A stretch of 63,553 nt of DNA, counting the filler, from an uncultured Chlamydiae bacterium (GTDB taxonomy: Bacteria; Chlamydiota; Chlamydiia; Chlamydiales; SM23-39): assembly GCA_937899275.1 (NCBI GenBank). It is 5 parts of 5 records of this genome, joined end to end, with 100 filler letters (N's around TTAATTAATTAA, not from the genome) between each part and the next. Parts side by side here need not be neighbours in the genome. Positions count along the whole stretch, not along the records: positions 25,049 to 34,247 come from CALBPE010000086.1; positions 34,348 to 60,506 come from CALBPE010000087.1; 3 more parts are not named here. One strand, given 5' to 3'. The position numbers and the translations under genes are program-made. The notes below the pieces were generated by a model. It was not told the origin of the DNA. It ran no database searches and saw only the letters and a list, made by a program, of their open reading frames with translations. Shown in pieces: positions 27,676-38,735 of the stretch (the first letter of the stretch is position 1; every line of letters begins with the position of its first letter).

Positions 27676-28656
27676 CTAGTAGACCTTTCTAGGGTTTCTC
27701 ATGAGATGGTGGTTTTGATGCAAACAAGGCTCTTTTAGAATAGATAGCATGCCTTCAATCCAAAAGGAAGAGCGGTTCAGCGCATCTACTCTATGGGGGA
27801 TTACACCGTTTTTTCGGATAAGCGGCATGTAATCAGACTCGATTTCAAATAACGTTTCGATATGATCGGAAGTAAAGGTGATCGGAACAAATACAACGTG
27901 TTTTTTCCCTTTATTCCACTGCAAAATGGTAGAAGAGGCTGTTTTTGTATAGGGCTCTAGCCATTTTCCCGGTCCAAATTTTGATTGGAAGCAGAGCCTA
28001 GACTGCGTTTTTGGAAAACCTTTCATGATGTGGTGATAAGAGCCTCGGCATTCTTTGCCGTAGGAGTCGCCCCATTTTACAAAACGTTTAGGCACGCCGT
28101 GAGCAGAAAAAAGGAGGATGACCTCTTCTTCATCGAGCCCATTTTTTTTTAAGTAGGAGCGGATTTTTTCTTGGTAAGCAAAAATAAAGCCTGGATGCGT
28201 AGGATAAGACCGGATCCATCTAAGGCGATCTACAACTGCAGAAGGAAGGTGTTTTGCAAAGTAGGTGGCAATACTTCCCGTTGTTGCATAGGAAAATTGA
28301 GGAAATAGGGGAAAAACGTAGATCTTTTCTGTAGTAGAGGCGATCTTTTCTAAAGAGCTTTTATGAGTATCTACTAAATACCGATGAAAAGTCCCTACCT
28401 CTTCATTGAGTTTGGTCGATAACGTATGAGCAAGCCACTCGGTATCTTCATAAATGGGAGACTTTCCTCCAATCGATGCGTAATCTTCTCGTACAGAAAC
28501 AGCTCTTTTTTGTGCGATTTTAGAAAAAATTGCGTTATGGATTTTTTGCGGTAAATACGTCCGGATTACCTCCTGATCAGAAAGAAGAGCAGTTAAAAAA
28601 GAAGGCACTTCTTTTAGCGTTCGAGGACCTCCGAAATTGACAAGGAGATAGCGCAT
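27676..28656 (-). CDS. hemH: Ferrochelatase
   Basis: LLVNFGGP, IGGKSP, PQFS, FSAHGVP, FQSKFGP..WLEP, SDHIETLFEI. Confidence 0.95.
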   Translation of the reverse strand: MRYLLVNFGGPRTLKEVPSFLTALLSDQEVIRTYLPQKIHNAIFSKIAQKRAVSVREDYASIGGKSPIYEDTEWLAHTLSTKLNEEVGTFHRYLVDTHKSSLEKIASTTEKIYVFPLFPQFSYATTGSIATYFAKHLPSAVVDRLRWIRSYPTHPGFIFAYQEKIRSYLKKNGLDEEEVILLFSAHGVPKRFVKWGDSYGKECRGSYHHIMKGFPKTQSRLCFQSKFGPGKWLEPYTKTASSTILQWNKGKKHVVFVPITFTSDHIETLFEIESDYMPLIRKNGVIPHRVDALNRSSFWIEGMLSILKEPCLHQNHHLMRNPRKVY

Positions 28657-28673
28657 CTTATACCATAGTTTCC

Positions 28674-29414
28674 ATGTATGTACAAACTAACAAAATTCTT
28701 CTTTTTCTCTCCTTGTTTTTTCTCGCTTCTTGTGCAGTAGAAAAAAAAACGTGGAAGATTGGAGTAGTTCAAGAGATCTTTCCCGATGATGCCTTTGATC
28801 AAGATGCGTATGTGGCGGGATTTATCCAAGAGCTTTTTGCAGCGATTTCTACAAGACAGCGCGTGGATATTTTGATTGAAGAATACCCAGAAGATCTTTT
28901 AATGCTTCAGCTAAAAAATGGCTCTATTGACGCCTCTTTATCCTTTTTTACAGAAACGCCTGTCAAAAAAAGATCGTATACCTTTTCCGATCCGGTACTC
29001 GATATTGGCAGCTATCTCGTTTTTTCTGAGAAGATCTCGAGAAAAAACCCCGATTTATCGGATAAGATCATCGGGATCACAGCGGAAAAAGATGCAGCGG
29101 TTTTACTGACAAAATACCCTTCTGCTATCATCCGTATGTATCCTAATGACGCCGCGCTTTTTGCCGATTTATCTACAGGTGAAATCGACGCTCTTGTAGC
29201 AAAAAAACAGACGGCAAGTAGGTTCATCAATGAGTTTTATATTGGGCAGCTTTGGATAGCAGATACTCCTATCACATCGCGCGCGCTGAAATTATTGATC
29301 CCGAAAGATCGCTCTTCCGATTTGATCTCGCTTTTTAACGCTTCTTTACAAAGCTTAAAACAGCAGGGCGCCTACGCTTCTTTAGAAAAAAAATGGGGGC
29401 TTTCTCTTCGTTAA
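28674..29414 (+). CDS. Amino-acid ABC transporter substrate-binding lipoprotein (SBP family 3)
   Basis: Lipobox LASC; LKNGSID, YTFSDP, LEKKWGL. Confidence 0.85.
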   Translation: MYVQTNKILLFLSLFFLASCAVEKKTWKIGVVQEIFPDDAFDQDAYVAGFIQELFAAISTRQRVDILIEEYPEDLLMLQLKNGSIDASLSFFTETPVKKRSYTFSDPVLDIGSYLVFSEKISRKNPDLSDKIIGITAEKDAAVLLTKYPSAIIRMYPNDAALFADLSTGEIDALVAKKQTASRFINEFYIGQLWIADTPITSRALKLLIPKDRSSDLISLFNASLQSLKQQGAYASLEKKWGLSLR

Positions 29415-31963
29415 ATTGGGCCATGGGGCTTATTTGCAGGAGAAATATCTCGTTGTAGTTTTTGTAAGACATCTGGATCGATAGGACAGGCTTTCGTATC
29501 CCAAATGTGATCGACATACTCTTGGATGGATCGATCCGATGTAAAAAACCCCATCGAAGCAATCTGCATAATCGCGTATTCATTCCACTTGTCTTGATCT
29601 TGATACAGCATCTCTACCCGTTTTTGCGTCTCGTAAAATGCAGAAAAATCCTGTAAGTTATAATAAGGATCAGGCGCGCTTTCCACTTCTCCTTCAAGAA
29701 GGTTTTTACGCAGGTGTTCCATACACTGCTTTTCTGCTGGGTGATCGGTTAAAGCGTCGCTGACCATAAAATCAAGAACTTCACGGATAATAGGGTTATT
29801 TTGATAGATGGCAGAAGGGCTATAACCAGAGGTTTTTTTTGCCTGCACTTCTTCTACATTCATCCCAAAACGGAAAGGCCAGTACTCATCTCCTACAGCC
29901 CAGCGCATCTCTTCATTCGCTCCATCTTCTGTTCCGATAGTCAAAGCGCCGTTCATCGCCATTTTCATATTGCCTGTTCCCGACGCTTCTCTACCTACAA
30001 GAGATATCTGTGAAGAAAGATCTGCTGCAGGAATTAAAAAAAGAGTCTTCGATACATTGTAACTTTCGATGAAAGCGAGGCGAAGGTGTTGATTTACCTC
30101 TGGATCATTGTTGATTTTGTGACTTAATATGCGGGCAAAATGGATGATTTCTTTGGCGAGTTGATAGCCAGGGGCAGCTTTTCCCGCAATCAAAATCATC
30201 CGTTTGATCGGAGGGCTTTTACGCTCTTTCTTGATGTCTAGATAGAGCCTAGCTGCATGTAGAAGATTTAACATCTGCCGTTTATATTCATGAATTCTTT
30301 TGACTTGGATATCAAATAACGCCTCTTCTCCTAAAGGATCAATTGTTCCTATCACCGCTCCTTTTCCATCTCTTATAGGGCTTTTTTCTCGCAGCCATTG
30401 GATTAAACGTTGTTTGTTCTTTTTTTTGATCGCAGCAAAAGCGCTTTTTGCTTTGGGACATTTGGCAAAACGCTTGAGCTCTATAATCTGAGAAAAGTCG
30501 TGTATCCAAGAGCTGCCGATTCTTTCTGTAATGAAATCGGCTAAAAGAGGGTTTGCCTGCAGTAGCCATTTGCGGTGGGATACGCCGTTGGTTACATGGC
30601 AAAATTTGTCTGGATAGAGTTGAAAAAAGTCGTTAAAAACCTCTTCTTTTAAAATGGTTCCATGGAGTTTTGCAACTCCATTGATTTTATGCGTTCCATA
30701 AAGCAGAAGGTGCGCCATTTTAATTTGCCCTTCACCGATGATGCTCATCGCCTGCGCTTTTTCGGTGTTTTCACCAAAAGATGCGCGCACTTCTTTACAA
30801 AACTGCATATTGATGTGTTGGATCATCCGGTATTGCCTTGGCAAAAGATCCATCATCCTTTCTTCATTCCACTCTTCTAAAGCTTCTTTTAGTATGGTGT
30901 GATTGGTATAGCTAGCCGATGTTTTGGTGATGGCAAATGCATGATCTAGCGAAGCTCCTTTTATCATTAACAGACGGATCAGCTCGGGTATGACCAAAGC
31001 GGGATGGGTATCATTAATTTGTATACGTACTTTATCAGCAAAGGTATCTAACCCGCCTCCCCGCGAGAAATGACGCTCGACGATATCTTGCAGCGAAGCG
31101 GATACCAAAAGAAATTCTTGTTTTAGACGGATCCTTTTACCAGCTGCATGGTGGTCGTTTGGGTAGAGTACATCGGTAAGTGAGGTATTTTCTCCTGCTT
31201 GCCCTAGTTCCCCTGCATTGTATCTTTGTAAAGCAAAGTTGCGGGGAGACTCTTTTGTCGACCATAGTCTCATGGTGACAACAGAAAAAGAGCGGTCTTG
31301 TGCTGGGAATCCAATAATGGGGTAGTCATAAGCAATGGAGCGCACCTCTTCATAATTTTCTAACGCTAAAAAGTGGTGCATAGGATCTTCTGATGGGGGA
31401 ATAGACCCGCGAAAAGCTACGTGTCTACTTAAACCATCTCTACGAAATTCCCAAGGGTTGGGGTTGAGAAGCCAGCAGTCGGGCCGCTCTATTTGTATGC
31501 CGTTCCAGATTTCTTGGTCGAAAATACCATATTGGTAGCGAAGACCGTAGCCTATAGCAGGCAGCTGCATCGCTGCTAAAGAATCTAAAAAACAAGAAGC
31601 AAGGCGGCCCAAACCTCCATTGCCAAGGCCTGGATCAGGCTCTACTTGTGCAATATCTTGGAAGGAATAGGGCGTTTTTTTCAGTACTTTTTCTACCAGC
31701 TCTTTTGCGCCGATATGAAGGACGTTATTTTCAAAAAAACTCCCTGGCAGCTACTCCATAGAAAGATAGTAGATCGTTCTTGGCTGTTTTTTTTCTAGGG
31801 ATAAAGCGCTTGCTGTCCAGTAGAACATGATTTCTTCTCGAAGCGCTTTGCATAAACTTAGATACAGCTCTTGCCGCGAGCTTTTACTTAAAAGAGTGCC
31901 ATGATCGGTGAGTAAGTACCGTTTAATGGTATCAAAAAGGCGATCTTCAGGAGCTACTTGCAT
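29411..31963 (-). CDS. glgP: Glycogen phosphorylase, interrupted by an in-frame TAG at 31751-31753
   Basis: YYLSME*LPG, DPGLGNGGLGRLA, QINDTHP, KRIHEYKRQ, EASGTGNMK (PLP Lys). Confidence 0.93.
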
Positions 31964-31978
31964 AGCTTCTTATATAGA

Positions 31979-33391
31979 TTAAACGTAAATCGCTTGCAAG
32001 ATATAGAAAAGAACAATACTTAAAAAAGCGCAGATTGGAATCGTCACAATCCAAGAAACGGCAATATCTCGTAAGGTGCGTAGGTTGACAGCCTGTAAGC
32101 CTCTTGCTAGTCCTACACCGAGCACTGCCCCTACAAGTGAATGTGTCGTCGATATAGGTATGCCCAGTTTTGATGCGAAAAGAATCGTACTTGCAGCGCC
32201 AAATTCAGCAGAAAATCCTCTTGTGGGAGTGAGTTCTGTAATTTTTTTTCCAATGGTTTCAATAACCCGCCATCCCCAAGTCGCAAGACCGAGTACAATA
32301 CCAAAGCCTCCTAGAAGAAGAAGCCAAAGAGGAACGACGGCATGAGGTAAAACGGTATGGGTATGTAAAACCTGGACAACCGCGGCAACAGGGCCAATTG
32401 CGTTTGCCACATCATTTGCGCCGTGGGCAAAAGCCACCAAGCAGGCGCTGAGGATTTGAAGTAACATAAAGATTTTTTCAACTGCAGCAAAAGGGGTGTG
32501 ACTCTCTTGAAATTGCGAGTTTTCTGCCACTTTTTTTGATAGGGTTTCCACCTCTTGTAAAATGCTAGTTACCTTCTTTTTTGTCTCATCATGGGAAGAT
32601 AGCTTCACTCTTTGCAGGTGTTTTGCTGCCTTTTCTAATCCAATGATATGATGGGGATTGTGATAAAACGTCTCATGTTGATGGGAGGGGGCTTTGCGAA
32701 AAAATGCCCAGCTACCCCCAAAAGAAAGGAGCCCTACACTTGTAGATAGAATAAGCGCTTCGGGAAAACCGATTTGTAAATGCAGATTTTTTAGCCCATC
32801 GAAAATGATCGATAATGTCAGGATAGTAAAGCAGGCAAACACAAAAAAAGGAGCGATTTTTTTTGTCGCATCGATCGGGTTGGGCTGATAAAATATCTGC
32901 CTTTGGATGATGCTAAAAATCCCGTAAGAAATCAGCCCGCTTAGTAGAGGAGAAATCAGCCAGCTTAGCACGATTTTTCCCATTTCTAGCCAGTATACAG
33001 CATGGATACCTCCAATCACTCCTCCAAAACCTAAAATAGCGCCTACAATAGCGTGCGTTGTAGAGACGGGCATGCCAAAATATGAGGCAAGCTGAAGCCA
33101 AAGGCCTGTAGCAAAAAGAGCTCCCATCATACCAATGACAAAAATCACCGGATCATTTGAAAAAATTGTAGGATCCACAATCCCACTTTGGATCGTTTCA
33201 GATACGTGATTTCCGACAAAAAATGCGCCAGAAAATTCTAGGATAGAGGCAAGGATCACCGCTTTTTTCAAGGTGAGCGCTTTGGAGCCGACCGATGTAC
33301 CCATAGCATTTGCTACATCGTTTGCTCCGATATTCCATGCCATATACAATCCCACCAATATGGTGAGATATTTCAAGAAGACAAGCTCCAT
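31979..33391 (-). CDS. pit: PiT-family inorganic phosphate transporter
   Basis: GANDVAN motif twice; PVSTTH and PISTTH. Confidence 0.95.
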   Translation of the reverse strand: MELVFLKYLTILVGLYMAWNIGANDVANAMGTSVGSKALTLKKAVILASILEFSGAFFVGNHVSETIQSGIVDPTIFSNDPVIFVIGMMGALFATGLWLQLASYFGMPVSTTHAIVGAILGFGGVIGGIHAVYWLEMGKIVLSWLISPLLSGLISYGIFSIIQRQIFYQPNPIDATKKIAPFFVFACFTILTLSIIFDGLKNLHLQIGFPEALILSTSVGLLSFGGSWAFFRKAPSHQHETFYHNPHHIIGLEKAAKHLQRVKLSSHDETKKKVTSILQEVETLSKKVAENSQFQESHTPFAAVEKIFMLLQILSACLVAFAHGANDVANAIGPVAAVVQVLHTHTVLPHAVVPLWLLLLGGFGIVLGLATWGWRVIETIGKKITELTPTRGFSAEFGAASTILFASKLGIPISTTHSLVGAVLGVGLARGLQAVNLRTLRDIAVSWIVTIPICAFLSIVLFYILQAIYV

Positions 33392-33397
33392 GGTCTT

Positions 33398-34072
33398 TTA
33401 TTTTAACTCCAAGATCATGCGGATACGGTTTGCTAGTTTTTCAGATAGATTCGATAATGCGGCGACTTCTTGGAAGATTTTTCGCCATAGATAAAAGTGG
33501 CTATGCGTCATATCATCTGCAACGTGAAAAAGCTGCTTTAGAAAGTCGCACTGCATCAGATCAACTTCATGCTCTTTATAGGCGATATCTTCGATGGTTT
33601 TTTTCACTTTTTGCGCTTCCACCCCGCCAAAAGAAACAGCGACAAGATCGTTGAGCTGTTTGACCACTTGGTGTACAAGCCAAAATACAGCGGCGTTTTT
33701 TTCGACAAATTGATTGAGCATATTGAAAAAAGGCGCTGTTTTTTCAACAGGCTTTAGCGTAAGTACAGTAGCAATATCTTCTACTTGGTCTGCAATCGCA
33801 TCTTGTAGAGATAGTATCTCTAAAAAGCTAGCGCGTGCAATGGGTAGAAATACGCTTTTAGGTAGGTGGTTGCGAATATCATTTTTGGTAAGATCCGCTT
33901 CATGTTCCAGCTTAGATATGGCTTTTGCAGCGGTTTCTAAAGAAGCTCTATCGCCCTGAGTAAATGCAGAAAATAAAGAGGGCAGCTCTTCGATACAGTT
34001 GGCTACTTTATCCATATGGATTTGTAGCGGAGAAAAAGGGGATTTTCCCAATAATTTTGCAATGATCAGCAT
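33398..34072 (-). CDS. DUF47/TIGR00153 phosphate transport regulator
   Basis: GKSPFSPLQIH, LEHEADLTKNDIRNHLP, QDAIAD; lies upstream of pit. Confidence 0.92.
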   Translation of the reverse strand: MLIIAKLLGKSPFSPLQIHMDKVANCIEELPSLFSAFTQGDRASLETAAKAISKLEHEADLTKNDIRNHLPKSVFLPIARASFLEILSLQDAIADQVEDIATVLTLKPVEKTAPFFNMLNQFVEKNAAVFWLVHQVVKQLNDLVAVSFGGVEAQKVKKTIEDIAYKEHEVDLMQCDFLKQLFHVADDMTHSHFYLWRKIFQEVAALSNLSEKLANRIRMILELK

Positions 34073-34144
34073 AACTTTTACTATACGGAAAATGGAAAAT
34101 TTATGCGAGTTAGAAACATTTTTTAAAAAAGAGAAGCGGGAAAA

Positions 34145-34247
34145 CTATTTAGTAATAAGCGCTTTTTTTTCTTTTTTTGTAAGTATTTTGTAAAAGCCTC
34201 TTGGAATAGTGCCGAGTCGTAGATTTCCTATGCGGATTCTGGTGAGG
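34145..34247 (-). CDS. rRNA pseudouridine synthase (RluB/RsuA family), C-terminal fragment at the contig end
   Basis: Hand translation LTRIRIGNLRLGTIPRGFYKILTKKEKKALITK*; not in the ORF track. Confidence 0.75.
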
Positions 34248-34347
34248 NNNNNNNNNNNNNNNNNNNNNNNNNNNNNNNNNNNNNNNNNNNNTTAATTAAT
34301 TAANNNNNNNNNNNNNNNNNNNNNNNNNNNNNNNNNNNNNNNNNNNN
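34248..34347. other. Artificial contig spacer
   Basis: N runs plus TTAATTAATTAA. Confidence 0.98.
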
Positions 34348-34825
34348 CCAGCGACCTTCTGGAGTAAAACACCTTTTGAAAAAACCTTTTTATATTCCAG
34401 AGTCGAGTTCTGCTGCAAATTTGCTGGAACAAATGCGCGAACGGCAAGAGCATATCGCTTTTGCTGTTGATGAATATGGATCGATTTCAGGGTTAATCAC
34501 ACAAGAAGATCTTATGGAATCGGTCATAGGAGAAATCTTAGATAGAAGGGATCACCAGAAGAAAAAATATACCCGCTCTGCTAAAGATGTGATCATTGCA
34601 AGCGGTCCGCTGGAGCTTTCAGAGTTAGAAGATATATTTGACGAGCGCCTAATCTCTAAAAATAACGTCGTTACTTTAGGCGGCTGGCTTATCGAACAAA
34701 TTGGTGATATCCCAAAAACAGGTGATAAATACGTCACAGACCATTTTTTGTTTTCTATTGTTGCGGCAGAGCCAAACCGTATTCGAAAAATCTATGTGCG
34801 CAAAAAACAGAAAGGAAGCTCCTAA
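34348..34825 (+). CDS. CBS/CorC-HlyC domain protein (TlyC-like), 3' part
   Basis: VDEYGSISGLITQEDLMESVIGEI; TLGGW. Confidence 0.9.
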
Positions 34826-36027
34826 TGTCTCCTTTGTTCATCGCGTTTTTTGTAGCTATTTGTATGTGCGCTCAAGGATTTTTTTCCATGTTTGAAATGG
34901 CCGCTGTCTCATTCAACAAAATCCGATTAGAATACTACGTAGGGCAAAAAAACACCCGGGCGATTTGGCTAAGCTCTCTTTTGAAAAAACCATCAAGACT
35001 CTTTGGAACGACATTGATTTTGGTGAATACTTTCTTGCAGTGCGGCTCAGAGCTTTCCAGGATTTTTTATGAATCTATCGGTTTGGATCCCGCTTTTGCC
35101 CCGATTACCCAAATCTTTCTTGTGTTGATTTTTGCAGAGCTAGCGCCTATGTTTGCCGCAAGAAGGCACCCTGAGCATGTCGCTTTTTTATATATTCCAG
35201 TGGTCATGCTATTTTCTAAAATTTTAAGCCCCCTAATTTGGGTCATTGATCGGTTAAATGCTTTTTTACAATGGAGCTCAAAAACCAAAGATCAAGCCTC
35301 CTTTCTTTCAAGAGAAGAGCTGCAGCGCGCATTTGAAGAGGGACAAGAAAGCTCTTTTGTCCAAGTTATGGAAAAGTTTTTTACCATGAGAAAACTGACC
35401 GCAGAATCGGTCATGCTTCCCTTTTCTTCTTATCACCAGATTTCTTCACAGGGCTCTTTAAAGGATCTGCGACGTATGTTGCAAGCCCACTATTCTCCTT
35501 TTGTTGTGGTTTACCATCAACAAACCACTAATATCGTAGGGATCGCATACCTTCGTGATATGCTAGGAGCTAAAGACGAAGATAAAGTCATTGACTATGC
35601 TAAGTCGCCTTGGTTTATCACAGAAAGCGATTTTGTATTAGAAATTTTCTCTCAATTTCGCCTGAATTACCAAACCGCTGCTATTGTTTTGGGCCCTTCG
35701 GGAAAACCTTTGGGTTTAGTTACGCTTACTTTGCTTACAGATGAGATTTTTGGCCGCTCATCGACTATTTTTTTAGAAGCGATCTCTGATCATAAAAGCA
35801 TCTATTTTGAAAGGACTGTGCAGGGTGATCTTCTCATGGAGGAGTTTGTGAAAACGTTTCATGTACCCATGGAATATGATCTGAGCCGCTCTTTAAGCGA
35901 CTACATTATCGATCAGCTAGGGCATCATCCAGTAGAAGGGGAGGTTCTCCATTTAGAGTATTTAGATATACAGGTGTTAGAAACGACTCTTTTTGCGGTA
36001 AAAAAGGCGTCGATTAAAACCCGCTAA
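34825..36027 (+). CDS. CNNM/DUF21 plus CBS domain protein
   Basis: GFFSMFEMA, IFAELAP, CBS pair, CorC tail. Confidence 0.9.
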   Translation: MSPLFIAFFVAICMCAQGFFSMFEMAAVSFNKIRLEYYVGQKNTRAIWLSSLLKKPSRLFGTTLILVNTFLQCGSELSRIFYESIGLDPAFAPITQIFLVLIFAELAPMFAARRHPEHVAFLYIPVVMLFSKILSPLIWVIDRLNAFLQWSSKTKDQASFLSREELQRAFEEGQESSFVQVMEKFFTMRKLTAESVMLPFSSYHQISSQGSLKDLRRMLQAHYSPFVVVYHQQTTNIVGIAYLRDMLGAKDEDKVIDYAKSPWFITESDFVLEIFSQFRLNYQTAAIVLGPSGKPLGLVTLTLLTDEIFGRSSTIFLEAISDHKSIYFERTVQGDLLMEEFVKTFHVPMEYDLSRSLSDYIIDQLGHHPVEGEVLHLEYLDIQVLETTLFAVKKASIKTR

Positions 36028-37153
36028 TTTGTTTTAAGATGTTTTCTATACAAGATGTAGCTTTTGTCACTTCTTGTAGTGTATTGCCTCTACCAAAAGA
36101 AAAACGGATGGAAGATCGGGCGATTTTTTCATCTAATCCCATGGCTAATAAAGCAGGAAAAGGCTCTACGGCGCCAGATGAGCAGGCCGATCCTAAAGAA
36201 GCGGCAAAACCTTCTTGATCTAAGCGTATGAATAGCGTTTCTGCATCGATATTAGGAAATGCCAATGCGCTGACATTACATGTGCGCTTTTTTTCCGCAT
36301 GTATCATGAGCTGAGGGAAAAACGTTTGGATTCTACTTTCAAACATCTCTCGTATGTGCAGCATATGAGATCTATGTGTGGGTAGCTCATCTATAGCTAA
36401 GCTAAATGCTTTTGCTGCTCCCACAGCTCCCAAGATATTTTCTGTGCCCGCTCTTCGCTGTTTTTCTTGAGATCCTCCATAGAGTAGGGGGCTGAAGGGA
36501 AATAGCTCTTTTGCATAGAAAAATCCGATCCCTTTGGGCCCGTAAAATTTATGCGGGCTAAAACACATAGCCGAAATACCTTCATACATAAAAAGAGGCT
36601 CTTTTCCCACTTGAGCGACGCTATCTACTAGAAAATGCGCCTCGTATTTTGCACATAACCGGGCCGCTTCTTCTAGAGGTAGCATTGCGCCTGTTTCACT
36701 ATTGACACTAGATAATGCTACAAGGGTATTTTTCCCTGGGAAATGAGAAAGAGTTTTTTCAAGAGCTTCTAATGAGATCGTTGCTGCATTGGGCGCGTTT
36801 TCTAAAGGGAGATAGGTGACGCTAACACCGGTTTTTTCGAGGTGGCTTACCGTTTGTCTAATACATGAATGCTCTAGCTTAGAAGAGATGATATGCGCTT
36901 TTACCGTGCGGCTAAAACCTTGTAGTAAGGTGTTGACAGCCTCTGTTGCACCAGAGCAGAAATAAAGTACGCTTTCTGGAATAGATAGCCTATCTGCAAT
37001 CTGTTTTCTTGCTATTTGTAGGTGTTTTCGCGCTTTTCTTCCATACATATGCATCGATGATGGGTTCAATGGCAGCTCTTCTAAAGAGCGCATAATCGAG
37101 ACGACTCTTGGATCGATAGGCGTTGTAGCATTATGATCGAAATAGATATTCAT
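36014..37153 (-). CDS. iscS: Cysteine desulfurase (NifS/IscS class)
   Basis: IYFDHNATTP, SPHKFYGPKG, RAGTEN, GSACSSG. Confidence 0.93.
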   Translation of the reverse strand: MNIYFDHNATTPIDPRVVSIMRSLEELPLNPSSMHMYGRKARKHLQIARKQIADRLSIPESVLYFCSGATEAVNTLLQGFSRTVKAHIISSKLEHSCIRQTVSHLEKTGVSVTYLPLENAPNAATISLEALEKTLSHFPGKNTLVALSSVNSETGAMLPLEEAARLCAKYEAHFLVDSVAQVGKEPLFMYEGISAMCFSPHKFYGPKGIGFFYAKELFPFSPLLYGGSQEKQRRAGTENILGAVGAAKAFSLAIDELPTHRSHMLHIREMFESRIQTFFPQLMIHAEKKRTCNVSALAFPNIDAETLFIRLDQEGFAASLGSACSSGAVEPFPALLAMGLDEKIARSSIRFSFGRGNTLQEVTKATSCIENILKQISGF

Positions 37154-37893
37154 CGTTGTACTTTGACCAAAAGGGCGGTGATGTTATCAGAGCTGCCTTC
37201 ACTTTTTGCAGAGTGGATTAAATCCTTAGCTTTTTTCTGCAAAGAACTTTTTCTTTTGAGCAAAGCTTCTATCTCCTCTGAAGATACGTAGTCGCTTAGT
37301 CCATCGGTGCACATGACAAAAATATCTCCCGGCTGCACAGTTACGGCAGCGATCTCAGGCTCTACGCGAAAACAGGTGCCAATTGCCCTTGTGATCACAT
37401 ATTTATACGCTCCTTTTTGGGATTTTGATTCAGTTAAAACCGAGTGATCTTGGGTTAGCTGTTTTAGTTCATTTTCCCGAAAACGGTAAATTCTACTATC
37501 TCCTATATGCGCATAGATTACAGAATCTTCGTATAGATAAAGGCAGGAAAGCGTTGTTCCCATACCGCGAAAAGCAGAGGTAGCATTGCCTAAGTTAAAA
37601 ATTTTACTGTTGGTATCATCGATAGCAGAGCGCAAATGGTAGATGAGATCTTTTGTGGGGATATTGGCTTTTTTCTGCGGATGAATTAAGGTTTTGATCG
37701 ATGTACTTAGATGCGTCACGGCTTCTTTAGAAGCAACTTCTCCTGCATTATGACCTCCCATACCATCAGCGATTGCAAAAAAACGGTACCTAGGCATGGA
37801 TAAAAAAGCATCTTCATTATTTGGTCTGATTAGCCCTATATCGGAAAGTCCGTAGCTTTCTAGTCGAAAGGAGGTGGGGTTTTTCTTTTTCAT
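37150..37893 (-). CDS. PP2C-family Ser/Thr protein phosphatase
   Basis: RPNNEDA, ADGMGGH, GMGTT, GDSR, TDGL, DNIT. Confidence 0.95.
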   Translation of the reverse strand: MKKKNPTSFRLESYGLSDIGLIRPNNEDAFLSMPRYRFFAIADGMGGHNAGEVASKEAVTHLSTSIKTLIHPQKKANIPTKDLIYHLRSAIDDTNSKIFNLGNATSAFRGMGTTLSCLYLYEDSVIYAHIGDSRIYRFRENELKQLTQDHSVLTESKSQKGAYKYVITRAIGTCFRVEPEIAAVTVQPGDIFVMCTDGLSDYVSSEEIEALLKRKSSLQKKAKDLIHSAKSEGSSDNITALLVKVQR

Positions 37894-38732
37894 AGCGCTT
37901 TTTCTCCGTAAATCACATATAAAACGCTCATGGTGTTGAATGTAGCATGCAGGCTAATAGAAGCTAAAAGAGAGCGCCTTTTTTCATATAAAATCCCTAG
38001 AAAAAGAGCGAATACAAATAGTGAGCTTACAATAGAAATGTTGGACAGCCCTTGCGAGGGTGCGTAGTGGAACGCTGCAAAAATAGCAGCGGTCACTACA
38101 ATCGCAAATTGTCTAGGAAAATACCTTTTCAGTGCATTTTGTAAGACTCCTCGAAAAAGAAGCTCTTCTACAAAAGGGGCTAAAAACGCTGCTATACCAG
38201 AAGCAAGGAAAAATAAGGGGATCGACTCTTTTGCTTTTTCTAAGTAGATAACAGGTAGTTGCTGCTGGATTTCATAGCCTGGAAAAATGCTGTACAAAAG
38301 ATGTTCGATCATCGAGTTCCATAGACTCATGATAAAAAATGCAAGTGGCCAGATCGCGATACCTACCGCTAGATCCTTTAGGTAAGCGGCGCTACCTCTT
38401 TTCCATAGGTAATCAAGAAAAAGGGCGTTAAATACTCTAAGGTACAACAGTAAAAATATGCCTGTTAGTCCAAGGTGGATTAACTGGATCAAGGAGATGT
38501 ACAAGATCCGGTCTGATGCACTTCCCATAAGAAAAGAAGGTTTAAACAGGGGTAACACAAAGATCGGAAAACCCATGTAAAAGAAAAAGCCGACTAACAC
38601 ATCAAAAAAGCGCGCAGGAGGCTTTTCTTCTTCAATAAGTGTGAAATGCCCTGGGAAATACGCGCCTAATACAAACACGCATCCCAGTAAAAACGAGGCA
38701 ACAACAAAATACACCGATGAGACAGCTACCAT
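37890..38732 (-). CDS. CPBP/CAAX intramembrane protease
   Basis: APFVEELLFRG, FAAFH, HATFN. Confidence 0.92.
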   Translation of the reverse strand: MVAVSSVYFVVASFLLGCVFVLGAYFPGHFTLIEEEKPPARFFDVLVGFFFYMGFPIFVLPLFKPSFLMGSASDRILYISLIQLIHLGLTGIFLLLYLRVFNALFLDYLWKRGSAAYLKDLAVGIAIWPLAFFIMSLWNSMIEHLLYSIFPGYEIQQQLPVIYLEKAKESIPLFFLASGIAAFLAPFVEELLFRGVLQNALKRYFPRQFAIVVTAAIFAAFHYAPSQGLSNISIVSSLFVFALFLGILYEKRRSLLASISLHATFNTMSVLYVIYGEKAL

Positions 38733-38735
38733 TTC

